A stretch of DNA of 64,000 nt from Mobula birostris (Eukaryota): contig NC_092382.1 in assembly GCF_030028105.1 (NCBI RefSeq), positions 68,620,125 through 68,684,124 on the forward strand, read 5' to 3'. Below, in pieces: positions 50,326 through 61,849 of the stretch. Made by a program: the position numbers and the translations under genes. Under the pieces are notes generated by a model, which did no database searches, was not told the DNA's origin, and was given only the letters and a program-made list of their open reading frames with translations. Numbering within the stretch: the stretch's first letter is position 1; each line of letters opens with the position of its first letter.

Positions 50326-53300
50326 TGAGCAGGATTTATTTTTAAAGGTACACAAAAATATTCGTTCAGAAATTCTGACACTTACAAGAGGGAGATATAC
50401 TCTCCCAATGCAACTAACTGCTGAATAGAAATGTACATTTTTCACTGTTATTATCCCAGTACATTTTTATTAGATCATCCTGGATACACTGTAGAAGAGA
50501 TCACAATGTGATTTTAAAACACCAGACAGAGAAATGTATCGATTGTGTTCATATACTTCTAGCGGAATGGACCAACGACAATTATCCTTTATGCCTCTTT
50601 CTGATTTAGTTTTATTTCTTTGCTCAGTAATTATCCTAGATCTGAAAGTTCAAATTCTTTCTGCAGATCCTGCGCGACTTTTATTTGCATTAATCCATGA
50701 GAGGGAATTTGGTGAAAGTGTAATGTTGGACAACTTCATTGATGAGCATTATCCTGTGAAACTACCGTGGCGATAGAATTGTCAGCTATCAACTACGCCC
50801 AAGAAAAATATATAGATGAATTATTTCAATGATCTCTCTCTAACCACCACTGCTCTGAGGCTCACAAATCTATTGCTTCCGGGATTATTCCTCTCTCACT
50901 TCTTGAAAGATCGAACGACTTTAGCTGCTCGCCAGTCCTCCAGGAAGGATTCTGCGCAAGACACAATACAGCCTACTACTCCTTAATGAATTACTTATTT
51001 CTTCTGCTAAATCATAGCTGTTGTTGGACTTAGTATTGCAATGATCTCCGTCAACAATGATGTTACTCAGATCCGAACCATCGATTCAAAACTGCAGCCT
51101 TTGATTTTCTGGACTGCTGCAGCACAGAAGGGTTTCTGCCTTTCTCCAGACTTTGGCTCTGTAGTGGAGTACTACTACAGCTAACCCTCCTCTCCGCCGT
51201 CCGTTTCAATGAAAATTAAATAATTTCATCCAGTTTCAACTCATAGCTGAAGCACACCACCCTACATAACGTAGAGGAGAACATTGGCTGTACATTCGGT
51301 TGATCAATCACGTACAATCTGTATTGTTGCGACCAAATCTACATGAAATATCACAGTGATGGCCTAATCACAATTTACTAACGCCTTTTGCTTAAATCCA
51401 CACCCTTGGAAACAAGGTGCTCCCAATAACGAGGGTAAGCGCAAGGAATGAATTTTCAGAACCCTCTTGTTGCTTCCTTCGAAATTTCACTAATTTCGCA
51501 CACAGTCCACTCTATTGCTGGTGCTTTCTACGTCCTACTGTTCATGGGATATGTTTTGATCCATATTAAATGCTACAAGATATATTGCATTTACGTACTG
51601 ATGTTAAATTGTTACTCTTATTCCTCCCTGAACATTTAGAGCTAATCAAAACTATACCACACTCCATACTTCCCTTCGCATGATCAAGAACACCATTATT
51701 CTAGGCGTCATCTGCAATGCCGATGTTTATATAATCTTCATTTATCTCTACGAACTACTGACATTCAGAATAAATGAGGCTGGAGCACCAAAATCTGAGT
51801 AGTCGCTTTGTTGCAGGCTTCCAGTCACAGAAGACAGTCTCGACTATCAACATCTGCATCTTGTTATCAGTCAGCTTTTGGATTCAATTTCAAAACATAT
51901 CGTGCATGAAATATGTCCGTTATGGACCTTTGCAGAATACAATGCGACACGGAATTCCAGAACGCATAAGTCCCAATGACCACTACCTTATATCGTCAAT
52001 TGGCAAGCCAATTCCGACTTCCAACGGCGAATTCAAGATAGATCTCATGAACATTAATGTTTTTGAAAGACCTGGTACATTATCATATTTATTTCAGAAA
52101 TACTTGAAGACAATGTCCACAGTTCTATCTTCATAATTACTCTGCTCAGCTCTCAGAGAAAAAAACAATATCAATCTAGTTAGTTGCACACAAGTGGCCC
52201 AATACAAAGTGATATTTACCACCTCAATTTCGCTATAGTTTTCCAAATGTTTTTAAATCCTAGTTCCAATCATACTCTCCAGTAAACTCCCCATCCTCCA
52301 AGCACATGCTTCTTTCTTTATCCTTTTGTGATTCACTCGCTTCGTGGTTATGTCTTTGATCTCGATGTATGTACAGAACTTTCTTTTGGATTCTCTTTAA
52401 TTCGACTCTCGTAATCCGTTTCTGGACTTCCTTTCACGCAGATATATAATCCTATAGGGCCAAGTTTTATCCAAACTTCCTAAATCTTTCATACGTTTTT
52501 TTTTGTTCTTTTGACTAAGTTCATCAGCCCAAAACAGCAAACTGCGGGGAGTCGCTGCTTTATGGACACATTCGCTGAACCTGAGTTTTATCACGAAAAG
52601 GATCTCCAAATGGCCGCTGCTCAAAACGCTCCGAAATTGATTTATTGCATTGTATAACGTTTGCACTCATCTGCATGCATGCCCATAACTTCCATAGTTT
52701 CATGGATTTAAACTGTAAAAGTAGGGCTTTCGGCACACCGTGCATATACAGTATTGACTTTTGCCGATCTACATGAAAGTCGTTTTCACAATTTGTAAAT
52801 ACATACTTGTGGGCTTGGATTATTAAATTGTTTGTTTGCATAACTTTTAGTGGCACTTCGAAACTCCTACCTCACATTTTTTATTCTCTACCATCTTTCT
52901 TGTGAACCTCTCTATTTGGCAACTCTGCTTCCTGGACCACATTGGATCTAATACTTTGTTGTGCTCTACACATTTCTTAGAACTGACAGAAGTATGACTC
53001 TTGGCGCGAAAAAATCGCATTTTCCTCAAGTTCATTGCAAGTGTCACGTGCTACATGACCCAATACAAACCACTGCAATAGGAAGACATGAGCAAAATTA
53101 ATATGTTACCACCTTAATACACACCGTATTTAATTCCTTGCAAAGCCCACCAGTCTAGGAAGAGCTCTGTGGTACCATTGAGCAGCGTATGTTCTATATC
53201 CAATGGATACTCAGAGACGAAGAAAACACAAAGCATAGCCAGTACCACCGGAACATTGTTTTGCGAACCCCGCCCTGCCTTCGGACTCGTGCACAAATCT

Positions 53301-53789
53301 GTACCACCACAAATGGCGATGAAGCATTTTGTAGGGAGCTATGTGCGTTTGGCTCCTTAAGCTATCTGCGTCAATGTTATTTTAACTGATTGCCAGATAT
53401 CAGTGTGAAGTACCAGGGCGTTATAGGACTTTGTCTGTCGCTGACCTGTACTGCTTTGCACATTCAAATAATCCCATCACAAAGAGCTGCACTATAACTG
53501 CCACTATGTCTATGTTTCCCTTGGTCGTTGTTTTATTTGTGATTAAGCCATGGTTTGATCGGTGGGTTGCTAGGCTGCGCTGCATGGTAGACCGGAAGGG
53601 CCTGTTATGCGATGTATCGTAAAAAATAATAAAAATAAGTAGATGGCATCATGAACAGGAGATTCCTCTAACTTTAGGTCCTCTAGTTTACTCAACAGTA
53701 GGTTTCAAGTACTCCTCTACTTTGTAATCTATTGCCACTTTCCATGTGACTTGCTCAGTTATTCTTGCAGACGTTGAAAGATTTTTTTT

Positions 53790-54110
53790 AATCAATATCC
53801 CGGTGTGCTATTATGCTTGGCGACTCGCCATGCAAAAATTCCTCTGCACTGCCTCCAAAGCCAGTATATCCTTCCTGAAGTATGGAGAGCAGAACTGCAC
53901 ACAGTACTCCAGATGAGGCCTCCCCAGTGCACTATATTGTTAAAGCATGACCTCCCGACTCTTGAATTCAATCCCTCTAGCAAGGAAGGTCAGCATTCTG
54001 TTTGCCATCTGAATACCCTATTGTACCTGCAAGCCAACTTTCGGGGATTCATTAACAAGCACTCCCGAGCCCCTCTGCACAACAGCATGCTGCAATATTT
54101 CACCATTTTA
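53790..54110 (-). mobile_element. CR1 ORF2 C-terminal fragment
   Basis: Minus strand gives [23 protein letters not shown]. Confidence 0.8.
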
Positions 54111-55324
54111 TGTTTTTTGTTGAAGTTAATATCGATCAAAAAGAAATCCCATGAACAGAGGATTTAGAAAGCACAAGCAACAAATTGGAATTTGTGCATC
54201 AATTATTGAAATTCCGAAGGATGCATGAACAGGGTTCTGGTGTATAATATGTTTAGCCTTATCATACGGAGCATAATCTGTGTGTTCCCCGAAAGACGTT
54301 ATTCTCAAATTGTGGTGTACAATCACTGACACATTTTGCGTAGTTTTTATCACAACAATACCAAGGACGTGATTACACAGCAGAAGGAGCAGCGCACTTT
54401 CTCCAAGATGTTTTCTCGGATGCTGCGCTTTTAACAGGAGTGGTAACTGTGTGAAATTATTTAATTTTCATTGATACACGCGGTGACGAGGAGCATTAGT
54501 TGTAGCTATCCTCAATTAACCGATACGGAGAGTGTAGAAGGAAAGAGACCTTTCGGGACAGCTTAACTGGCTAATATCAAATTTTATAGTTCTGCAGAGA
54601 AGTGTAAGGGAAGCTTCGGATTTGAGTAAAGTCATTGTTGCCAGAGATGATTGCAATATGGAATGGAATGCCTCTGTAGGACGATGGTTTGGTTATTCAA
54701 CAATAGTTATGAATCAACCGAAGAAAGAAATGCATCGTTAAGACAGAATATGGTACACCTTTTCACACGCACGTGTGTTACCGGAGGGCTGGTGAATAGC
54801 CAATGCTGTTCGATTATTCGAGGAGCGAGCGAGGAATAATCATGGAAGACATAGACTGGTGAGCCTCAGATCAGTGGTGGTTTGCCATAGTTTTCGTGGG
54901 TGGAGCTGACTGACAATCCTCACCCCACAACAGTTTAACAGAATGATGTCCTTCAATAAAACTTTTGAAGCACGCACTTTCACCGAATATCCTCTCATGC
55001 ATTAATGCAGATGCTGCTGCAAATTCCATCAGCATCTGCAGAAAGAACTTTAACCTCAAGACATAAGTTACTTTACTAACAGAGAGAAATAAACGAAGAA
55101 CAAAAAGTGGCATAAAGGATCATTTTCCTTTGTCTATTCCAGTAGGAATAAACAAAAACCGTCGATACTTTTTCAGAAGTTTTCAAACATCGATTGGTGA
55201 TTGAAATATACATGATGATCTCTTCAACAGTATGTCAGGATTGTCTAATGCATGATGGTAAGATAACAACAGTGACACAAATATATATTATGTTCAGCAG
55301 TTATTTTGAATACGAGAGGATATT

Positions 55325-56635
55325 AGCATAAGATTAGATAAAATGAGATACATTCAACCGTTATTTATCCCGAAGGAAATTATTGCTGCAAAATTGCTCA
55401 TATAATTTAAAATATGAGCATTAAAAAGTAATACTGCAAAGCACAGATGTGCAACAAAACCATAAAATTATATACGTAAGGGGAAGGAGTTGTAGAGTCG
55501 TCTAACCACAAGGAGAAAGGATCTCCTGTTGCGTTCAGTGGTGCAGCTCGGTGGAATCATTCTGCTACTAAAGATGCTCCCCTGTTTGTCATGGAGAGGC
55601 TGAGGGGAGTTGTTCATAATGCCCCGGTAGCTTCTGCACCATCCTCCGCTCTGACACAACCACCAGAGATCAAACTCCACCCTCTTAACAGGGACAGCAT
55701 TCCTTACGAGCTTTTTAATCTTCTTGGCGTCAGATGATCTCAACCGCCACCCTAGAAGAATACAATGTAAATCTTCTGGCCACCACCGAGTCGGAGAACT
55801 TCTGCAGCATAGGACTCCGGGTGTTGAATGACCGGCGCCTCCTCAGGAATTACAGGCAGCTCTGTGCCTTCTTGTACAGAGACTTTGATTTTCAGTGCAG
55901 TCCAGATAATTCTCCAGGTGAGTTCCCAGGTGTCTCTAGCCCCCAACACAAATTCCTTCGTCTTCAGGATGTTCAGCAGTAAAGCTCAATAAAGTTTTCC
56001 ACCACTCATCTGTACTCAGCCTGTTGACCCCGCCTGATACAGCCCACAACGGCCGAATCTGCAGGTGGCAGGACTCCGAGTTTTATAGGGATGTCCGCGG
56101 TAGGCGGTGAACAGGAAGAAGGACTGGACAGTCCACTGAGGTACCCCCTGTGCCTGTAAGCACAGTAACTCATGCACAGCTCTGCAATCTCACATACTGA
56201 GGCCATTTGGACCGGTAGTCTGTAAACCAGGAGAATAATGAAGTATCCACCTGCATTTCCGTGAGCTTATATCCTAGTAAAGCAGGCTGAATAATATTAA
56301 AACACTGGAAAAATCCAGGAACATGATTCGCAGTGTTGCCTGGTTCGTCTAGATCGGTCCCGTTGAAGCAGGGAGAAAATTGTGTACTTGATTCCAATAT
56401 GTGATTGGTAAGTAAATCTTAAATGGATTTACGATGGTCTGGTTGTATGTTGGGAGCATTCTTCCTCTTAATTTCATAACAAGTGAAATCAGTGCCACTG
56501 GTCTGTAGTCTCTGGGCGTGGTAGGACATGTCTTCTTGGGTCCTGGAACTAGGCAGGGTGTTTTCCAAGGCGGTGGGACTCTCTCCAGGCTCAGGGTCAA
56601 ATTAAATATGAATTGAAAGACTGCACCCTTCATCT
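55325..56635 (-). mobile_element. Decayed Rex1/Babar-like LINE
   Basis: WKTPCLVPGPKK..DYRPVALISLVMK, SWFTDY..RPQYVRL-like and TERNRRSFL motifs. Confidence 0.8.
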
Positions 56636-56639
56636 CCTT

Positions 56640-56985
56640 CTGCTGTCCATCGATTTCGAGGTTGGCTGTGCTGAGAGTTTAGTCGCTGCAGACACGTTTA
56701 TGTGCCACAAAACCAGCGTTGCATCGGCACTGTCTCCCACATCTGTTTCATTTGTGATTTGACTGATCCAGAACCGAATGTTTGCGTGAATGACCTGCTT
56801 CATGTCTCTTCTGCCTTTTCTCCTCGATAGGTGGGATTGACTTCTTGACAATGCAGTGCCAACTTCTTCTGTCCAAAGCATCTTTCTCCCAGGTGTTGAC
56901 ACTCATGTCAGTGTTCTTCATACGGCGCTTGGGCATGTCTTCGCAGCGCAGTGTGACGTAGGAGGGACGCTGGCCGAACATCAGC
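56640..56985 (-). mobile_element. RTE-type LINE C-terminal fragment
   Basis: LRCEDMPKRRMK..VNTWEKDALDRRSW resembles the RTE/BovB ORF end. Confidence 0.55.
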
Positions 56986-57882
56986 GAAGTAGGGCGGAGA
57001 TTCTTTCTAACCTGGCCGTGAAGGTGATGTCCCATCGCTATACTACCAGACTAGCTCTAGTAGTAGGATCGTGGCTAGCTAAGTCAGGGAGATAAGCTTG
57101 CATGTGCTACTTTGTAGGTTGTTGCTCTTCAGGCAAAGGCCGCACCCAACGAGGACGCCGGGGCAGCGTGTCTGATGGTGGCTGTGACAGTTGAATCCAA
57201 AAGACTGCACCCAGATGAGGAGCAAACACGTTCCTACCCTCCGGCCGATGCCGTCCAGATTGACCGCCTTGCCCCTGTGAAGTCTGCTAATCTCTCTCCT
57301 TAACTCCCTTGTTTAGCAGTGACAGTCCGTGTGTCTGTGTTCGTTGGCTCTACCGTGCGGGGATATAATGCATTTCATCTTATTATGAGTTACATATCAC
57401 TCCACGCATGCGTGTCGTTAAAGTCATTCAAATTAGCCATTTGACTGGATTTATGCCAGCAGCGATGGGTAATTGCTGGAGAAATGTTTCTATGCTACAC
57501 AACATTTGCGGTAATAGCATTCAGGACTGAAATAGCCCGTGAAGAGAGTCCGTGGCGTGAATCGGCCAGATTATGTATTAAACCTGTTCGCTCATTTTAC
57601 AAGTCTACGAACTGCTCTGCTGTAATGATTCTGGCCACAAAGGGCGATTTCCAAGTGACATTGATGAAAAAAAAACTTTATTCAAGAACAGAAACCACAT
57701 GTCAAGGAAAAAAATATTGAACAAGTTGCATAAAGAAATGTCCATTCTCATCGAGGATTAAAATTTATTTCATAATGACTGAACGAGCAAAAACAAAATG
57801 AATTTTGTTTCCTCAGTGGGTTGTATCTGATTGGAGTGTTGATTCGCTCGCCGGGTTTCCCCAGTGGATCTGCCTTCTACTA

Positions 57883-57889
57883 TATAAAA
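57883..57889 (+). promoter_or_regulatory. Putative TATA box of the intact GPCR
   Basis: TATAAAA 62 nt upstream of the ATG; position conserved in the inverted paralog. Confidence 0.6.
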
Positions 57890-57951
57890 TCTGGATAAAC
57901 ACTTTGCCAGCACGTGGGGCATTTGTAACAACTTAGAACAACTTACGGAAA

Positions 57952-58021
57952 ATGCCGTATGTAACTATTTACGATGTGGCACGCATCTATTATCCGATCC
58001 TTGCAGCGGCCGGCATTCCAG
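57952..58021 (+). CDS. GPR139/GPR142-like GPCR, coding exon 1
   Basis: aaaATG start; MPYVTIYDVARIYYPILAAAGIP plus G, then gtaggg donor; 70 nt, as in both paralogs. Confidence 0.88.
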
Positions 58022-59252
58022 GTAGGGCACTACGTCTGGTTGCTGTTTGTGTGTATTCGTCTTCCTACTGCACGTGGCGCTAACAGCAAACTAATCTGGT
58101 TGCTGTCCAGTCCTCAATTTTAATACTTTTGTTCCTGGTAATTCTGATATTTTTCTTTCCGACTGCTTGGGATCGTAAACTCTGCATCATCACTGGTCAA
58201 GTGAGAAACTTGCTTCCCGGAGGTAAAGATATATCAAATTGTATATCTGCATTCGGGAAACACCAGGGTGACTGGAAGTGAGGCTATATACTGACTGAGT
58301 GAGTGTCACGGATAGATTACTGTACTGGTCATTACAACAGATGGAGAATGGAAAAAAGAAAACTTGCTGCAGAGTAGTGACTAAAGAACATTGGATGAGC
58401 GTTTCGAGAAGAAGCTCGATAGTAATAACCTTTTCGGTATTACATTCGGTCCCATTCCATTTCTGATAATCTGTCTGTTTAAACGAAGTTCAGCGCAAAC
58501 TTGGACCACAGCTGCTCTTCCGCACCAGGAACACGACAGTCTTCAAGAATGAATATCTAATCTCTAATTTAGTGTATCTCTCACTCCCGCTTGTAGCGCC
58601 CTACCCCGTTCGTTCGATGACATTGAACCCGTTTTTCTTTATCTACTGCCGCAATCTCAGCAACAGGTGAGTTGGCAGATCTGCGCCCTGAGGCTCTGGC
58701 AGTCTGCTTTTTTTAAAATATTGTTTTCACAGGATTTCAACGCAACTTGTTTTAGGATCAAATTGACAGTCGATTGTATACACCAGACAACTCTGTCTAT
58801 AGCTACTACACTGGAGGAGTTACGGTGTCGAACACAGCCTATTTCTTCTCTCCATCTCACTCCAGTCCCGCTGCAATACAACAGCAGCAGATTTTCCTTT
58901 ATTATTAATTTTGCTTAAGAATTCATTGGCCTGAAACATTAACCATTTGTTTCGACATCTGTCTCCTGACCAGTAGAACTTTTTGCATTATTTTTCTCTC
59001 TCTCTCATCGGACGTCTGCAACATTTTCGGGAGGCATATTCCTCTCAGTGATTTCATCTTACTTTATGAAACACTGTCAAGTCTATTATTTACAACCTGG
59101 CTTTTTAAGCGCAAGTACGCCGCTAACACAGATGACTGTAGCCTTACCGGTGTATGCTCATTGCAATCGGCATTATTCTCATTGGTTAACCGGGGGAAAT
59201 GATTCGATTGAACTTCTTTAAAGTTAACCTCTATTTTCTCTTTATATTGCAG

Positions 59253-60148
59253 TGAATTTAACGGCGATTGTGATCCTGTCCCGAGGAAAATGTGGACTCT
59301 CCAAATGTATCACTCGCTACCTGGTGGGAATGGCTACGGCAGATCTCATTGTCGTTGCCATTGTAGTTATAGTTGAGGATATCAATAATCTCTACATGTA
59401 CGCAACCTTCTTGCACATCAATCCGGTTTGCGCTTTGACATTTGTGCTTAAAATTGCAGGCTTCGACTGCTCCGTTTGGCTCACAGTTGCTTTCACAATC
59501 GATCGGTACGTTGCGATTTGCTGTCAGAATCTTCGGAAACGCTACTGCACCGAGAGAGTGGCGACCGTGATGATAGTAACAGTGAGCATCGTGGGCTTTG
59601 TCAGGTGCATCCCGTTTTACTTTGTAGTGGAGCCTCATGTAGTAATCAACAAAGTACCGTGGCGTTGCGTCTTCATACCAGAGTACTTCACTTCACCAGT
59701 GTGGAAGGCCTACGAGCTATTTGACAGCATCAAAACACCTTTATTACCAATTGGTTTAATCCTTTTATGTAACGGTTTAACAGCGAGACACATTATAGCG
59801 GCAAATAGAGTCCGTAAGGGACTCCGGAGCAACACTGAAAATCAAAAAGACCCTGAAGTGGAGAACCGGAAAAAGTCTATTATTTTGTTGTTCGCTCTGT
59901 CAGGCAATTTCATTGTACTGTGGATGCCTTATATAATACACTCTATGAACTGGCAAACGGTGAATCATTCCTTCACTGACAAACATTTGAATACTACGAT
60001 ATACATCTTTCAAAAGTGTTCTATTATGCTAATGTATCTGAGTACCTGCACCAACACTTGCATCTATGGGCTGACGCAAAGGAAGTTCAGAGAGGAGCTC
60101 AAAAATGGGATGAAGTATGTGTTGACGTTAAATAGATTGCAGAAGTAA
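59253..60148 (+). CDS. GPR139/GPR142-like class A GPCR, coding exon 2 (intact; spliced CDS 966 nt, 321 aa)
   Basis: Polypyrimidine tract plus ttgcag acceptor, phase 1; TM1 GIPVN, TM2 MATADL, TM3 IDRYVAIC, TM6 FIVLWMP, TM7 STCTNTCIY, helix 8 KFREEL; YYPILAAAGIPVNLTAIVILS resembles GPR139 TM1 ([21 protein letters not shown], from recall). Confidence 0.93.
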
Positions 60149-61044
60149 TATCCGACTAGAACTTGGTTGAAATTGCAAACAAATATTCCGAAGGTTTCAT
60201 TAATGTCGTCACATTTCATAAACTCAAGACTGTGGTTTGAGCGAATTCGAAGTATTGAAGAAGAAACACTCTAAGCAAATGGAATTAATTGGTTCGTTGC
60301 TGTACCGGCTCAGTAGTGATATTAATAAGTTTGGTAGTCAGCAACATCAGTCACGGGGAATGGGTTATGAATAAGAAAAGTTTTCATGCTCGCAACATTA
60401 GCGCCCGCAGTCAGTTCTGCGGTGCATTTACTTTGGTCATCAAATTGTGTGTTTTTATTAATTAATTTTATAATAACGACAATAGCGAATTTGGGAGCCC
60501 AGACTTCGCCCCGCACTGCACAGCTGCAATTATTCCTAAATAAATCACGTCTTTTAAGCCAAATAGTTTAAACAGAAATTCTTCGTAAACAAAATCTCCA
60601 GATTATTAATTAATTACTTAGAAGTGAAGCAGTTTGCAGCAGTTCCGCATTGATTCGGGAACTTGCTTATTTGCCTCGTTATTTTGTTTAGTCGTCGAAA
60701 TATTTGTTGGTTTCGTCCTGTGATATTTCGTCCTCAGCTGAGGAAGCTGCAACACTTCTCCTATCAATTCTTAACTTCTCATTATCCATGGACCGAAACT
60801 GTCATTACAGATCATTCAGACATTGGTTACACTTCACCCAGCCATGGTGTTCATTGTCTTTGTCCGAAACAAAGGAGGTGACGAATCGGCATAATGGAAA
60901 GAGACTGATTATCTGGCTGAGTTTTGCCCCAGCAGCACCCTCTCACTCAGTGTCAGCAAGACCAAGAAGCGGTTTACGGTATTATGAGGAGAATACCGGT
61001 GGTCCTTTACCCAGTTCTCATCCTCAGATCAGGAATGGAGATGG

Positions 61045-61570
61045 CCTGCAACTTTATTTTCCTCGGTCTTATTATTTCAGAGGATTTGTCCTGGGCAGCG
61101 CATGTTAGTGTCATTAGAAACAAAACACGACAGCCACCCAGGTCATGCTTTATTCTCACTGTTGCCATCAAGCAGAAGGTACAGAAGCCCAAGACTCACA
61201 CCACCATATTCGAGTATTTATTCACTCAACTTCCCTCTCCCCATCACTGAATTATTCCCGCGACATATGGACTCGCTTTCAAGGACTCTACATCTCACGT
61301 ACTCAATATTTATTGCTTATTCCTTAATGGTGATGATGGTGAAGATAATTATAATTAATATTTTTTTTCTGTTTTGTATTTGCATGGCTTGCTGCTTTTT
61401 GCACATTGTGTGTGTGTGTGTGTGTGTGTGTTTTGTCCTGTTCAGTGAAGGATTCCAGTGATTTTGTCGTGTTTCTTGTATTTACTGTGCATGCCCACAC
61501 GAAAACAAATCTCACCGTTGTATATGGTGACATATATGTACTTGGATAAAATTTCTTTGACCTTTAAACT
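61045..61570 (+). mobile_element. Rex1/Babar-like 3' fragment with an internal (GT)n
   Basis: FIFLGLIISEDLSWAAH and HPGHALFSLLPSSRRYRS motifs, plus 3'UTR tail. Confidence 0.8.
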
Positions 61571-61579
61571 TGCAAAGTT

Positions 61580-61815
61580 ATACACTGCGTTCTGTTCACT
61601 ACTTTGCCTCCTCTATATAGGAGAAGTCAAACACAGATCCACAGATCTCTTTGTGAATAGCCTGCGCCTGATGCATGTGGATCGCCCCAGTGTTCATTTT
61701 GAATGTCATCTGATTTCAACAATTTACTCCCATCCCAGCCTCTCCCTCTGCAGTCTTGTACTTTTACATCAACACCGAACGCATCCTCAATTGGAGTGTC
61801 CCATTTTTCAAGCCG
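61580..61815 (+). mobile_element. Highly decayed Penelope-like GIY-YIG fragment
   Basis: CSLLCLLYIGEVKHRSTDLFVNSLR aligns with CSRCGLLYIGETRRRLGDRFAEHLR. Confidence 0.7.
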
Positions 61816-61849
61816 AAGACTCATTTTGATTTTCAATTGTTGCATTCTT

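Noticed and set aside
57952-60148. Assigning the symbol GPR139
   Set aside because: Multiple divergent paralogs are present; orthology cannot be shown without phylogeny or synteny
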